Shown here in pieces: positions 61,963 to 64,000 of a DNA stretch of 64,000 nt. A program made the position numbers and the translations under genes. Origin of the DNA: Torpedo marmorata (taxonomy: Eukaryota); contig OZ360224.1 in assembly GCA_977017645.1 (NCBI GenBank), forward strand, positions 13,826,001-13,890,000, read 5' to 3'. Below the pieces are notes generated by a model, which saw nothing but the letters and a program-made list of their open reading frames with translations, was not told the origin of the DNA and searched no databases. Each line of letters begins with the position of its first letter. The first letter of the stretch is position 1.

Positions 61963-62799
61963 CAAGATTTAATTTATTGTCACAGCAATAAGACAGTGTC
62001 ATATACCACGAAATTCCTTTTTGCCTGCTGCGAGGCAGACAGATTCACCATTGGCAGAAATTGCCTAAGCGCCTCTAACATTCCTTACAGTCAGAGAAAG
62101 AGAAGCAAAAGAGAGTCCCCCCAGAGTCACCGAGTGTCCATAGATTCGCCTCCAGCGCTTCCGCAGCCACACAGAGTCCAGTCCAAACGATCGGCATCCC
62201 GAGCTCCAGATCCGAACCTCCAACACGGTCAGGTCGCCCTCGGCACCCCCTCACATCCCAGCTCCGATACCTGGTACTCCTCCAGCCAGTTCGAGCCAAC
62301 CTCCAACAGTCCGCAGCCCATCGTGAGTCCCCCGACAGCAGTCTCCAGCAGCCCACAGCCTCCGCGGGTTCCTCGCCTCGAGTCGCCAGCAGCCTGCCGC
62401 ATGCACTGGTCCTTCAGCCTCAGAGCCCCTCAACGGTCCGCCGCTGTGCTCACCGTCCCGTGGGTCGTCTCCTCCGCTTCTCCTTCTCAGACGGGGGTGA
62501 TCTTCCTGTCCACTGGTGCCCTGCTCCAGTCCCCCGCTTCCCCAGAGTCTGATCCCCCTCGTGGCTGCTGCCGATTAGTAGGCGCTGCCATCTTGGGCGC
62601 AGACCCCGTGGTCGCGGGATCTCAAATAAAACCACCGTCGGCTCCTTTAACGGGCCGTTCAAAGCCCGTGCGGAACCGACGGCAGTCGTCTGGGCGGCTG
62701 GACCTCGCGGGAGTGCTGTATCTCCGCTCCCACGCTCCTCGCGGGTCCGCACCAGCGGCAGCGCTGCCGCTACAGCGGCTCCGGCAGCGCCGCCATCTT
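61963..62799 (-). mobile_element. GC-rich non-autonomous retroelement, copy 2
   Basis: Reverse complement of 1847-2680 along its whole length, with the same 5' start AAGATGGCGGC. Confidence 0.88.
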
Positions 62800-63199
62800 C
62801 ATGCTCACACACAACACCATAACAGTGCATTGAGCAGGCAAGACTGTTTAGCAATGTGATTATTACAAGGTGACATTTAACCAAGCAATTTTCAATAAGA
62901 AGGCCCTGTTATCTACTTTATGGCATGAAATGCAGATCTGGTGGAATTCTAAGTTTTCACAAGACTATATGAGTCATGTGCATACGCTCAGCTGATTGTT
63001 GATAAGAAAAGTCAGCAATATTTGACAATTAAATTGTCACAAGGATCTTTACTCAGTTACAAGGTTACATAATGGTTTGTCATTGTCACTAAAGATCTTT
63101 AAAACTACTAATGAGAAAAGTAGTACAATGTATAAATCATGGTGTATACAATCAAAACAATGTACTACTAACCACAAATACCGAACAAGAAAATTTTTG

Positions 63200-63490
63200 A
63201 GTTTTGGAAATATTCAGATGGCTACACAACACAATGTCAAGCTCAAAAGAAGCAAGTGTGCATTCATATAGAAAGAATTAGCTATCCTAGACCAGCAACA
63301 GATGCCGATTCATTGCAACCTGACAAAGAAAAGGTGGAAGCAATTGTAAAGGGAAGGAAATAAGTCAACATAGAGGAACTTAGATCATTCTTGATGCAGT
63401 ACCATGTTAGATTTTGCCAGATCCTGCATTAGCATTGACGTCATTACACGATTCACTAAAGAAAGTTGAAAAATGAAAATCAAGCAGATG
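63200..63490 (+). mobile_element. Very old Gypsy RT C-terminal fragment
   Basis: VKLKRSKCAF..LQPDKEKVEAI..ELRSFL with stops and frameshifts. Confidence 0.6.
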
Positions 63491-64000
63491 CAAACAGGAT
63501 ATTAATTACATTAGAATAGTCTGGGAAATTAGTCTTTGTTAACCATATTTATAACACAACCAAATGTTTAAACTTGAGGATTAATAGCTGTAATCAGTCA
63601 CATAGTGGATGATAGTGAAGTAAATCTCTATTTATTATGTGTGCATTTTTTGGGTCATGGATATCACTGACAAACCAATAGTTTATGTTCATTCATTATT
63701 AGCCCAGAGAAGTTGGCAGTGAGTTGTCTTCTTTAACCACAGCAGTCCTTCTGGTGAAGGTCCTTTCATAATGCTGGAAGTAACCGTCTTTGGATCCTGC
63801 ATTGATGAAGGACCAGTGATCCACTGTACTTCCAAGCTAGGATAGAATGCAACACATATCACTTCCGGTTGGGTGGCTGCATGGAGTAAGCTGTGTTAGT
63901 CATCGACTCTGCCAACATTTAACACTTTTCACCTCTGGATGTAACTTTTTTTCGACTTTAACTATCTGAAGTTTGGTGGGAGTGTATCAATAATACCATT

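Noticed and set aside
61996-62859. 287-aa Ser/Pro-rich ORF, and its 213-aa counterpart at 2068-2709
   Set aside because: Antisense to a GC-rich repeat; the frames diverge between the two copies after the PES motif, and no domain is recognisable.
63861-64000. ACTTCCGG-starting segment as a possible L1 5' end
   Set aside because: Too short at the window edge to support.

Overview
This is eukaryotic (vertebrate) non-genic DNA, most likely from a shark or ray. That is inferred from an HE1-like V-SINE, HER1/CR1-type LINEs and DeuSINE relics. Most of the window is nested transposable elements, and no host gene could be confidently identified. It holds five large CR1 LINE copies, several Rex1/Babar LINE copies, four 5'-truncated L1/Tx1-clade copies with TSDs, five solo LTRs with TSDs, a Tigger3-like DNA transposon derivative, tRNA- and 5S-derived SINEs and Penelope-type palindromic relics. 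There are also two proviral LTR elements. The first is a Gmr1-type Gypsy (PR-IN-[RT deleted]-RH order, tRNA-Pro PBS, near-identical 888-bp LTRs). The second is a BEL/Pao element with SAP-Gag-protease but no RT/RH/IN. The most notable observation is that the BEL pol region is replaced by a coiled-coil ORF whose core closely resembles vertebrate MIPOL1, an apparent host-gene capture. Also notable are a GC-rich non-autonomous retroelement (3 copies) and a 5S-headed SINE that share a Rex1-type 3' tail. Family names come from recalled motifs, not database searches.
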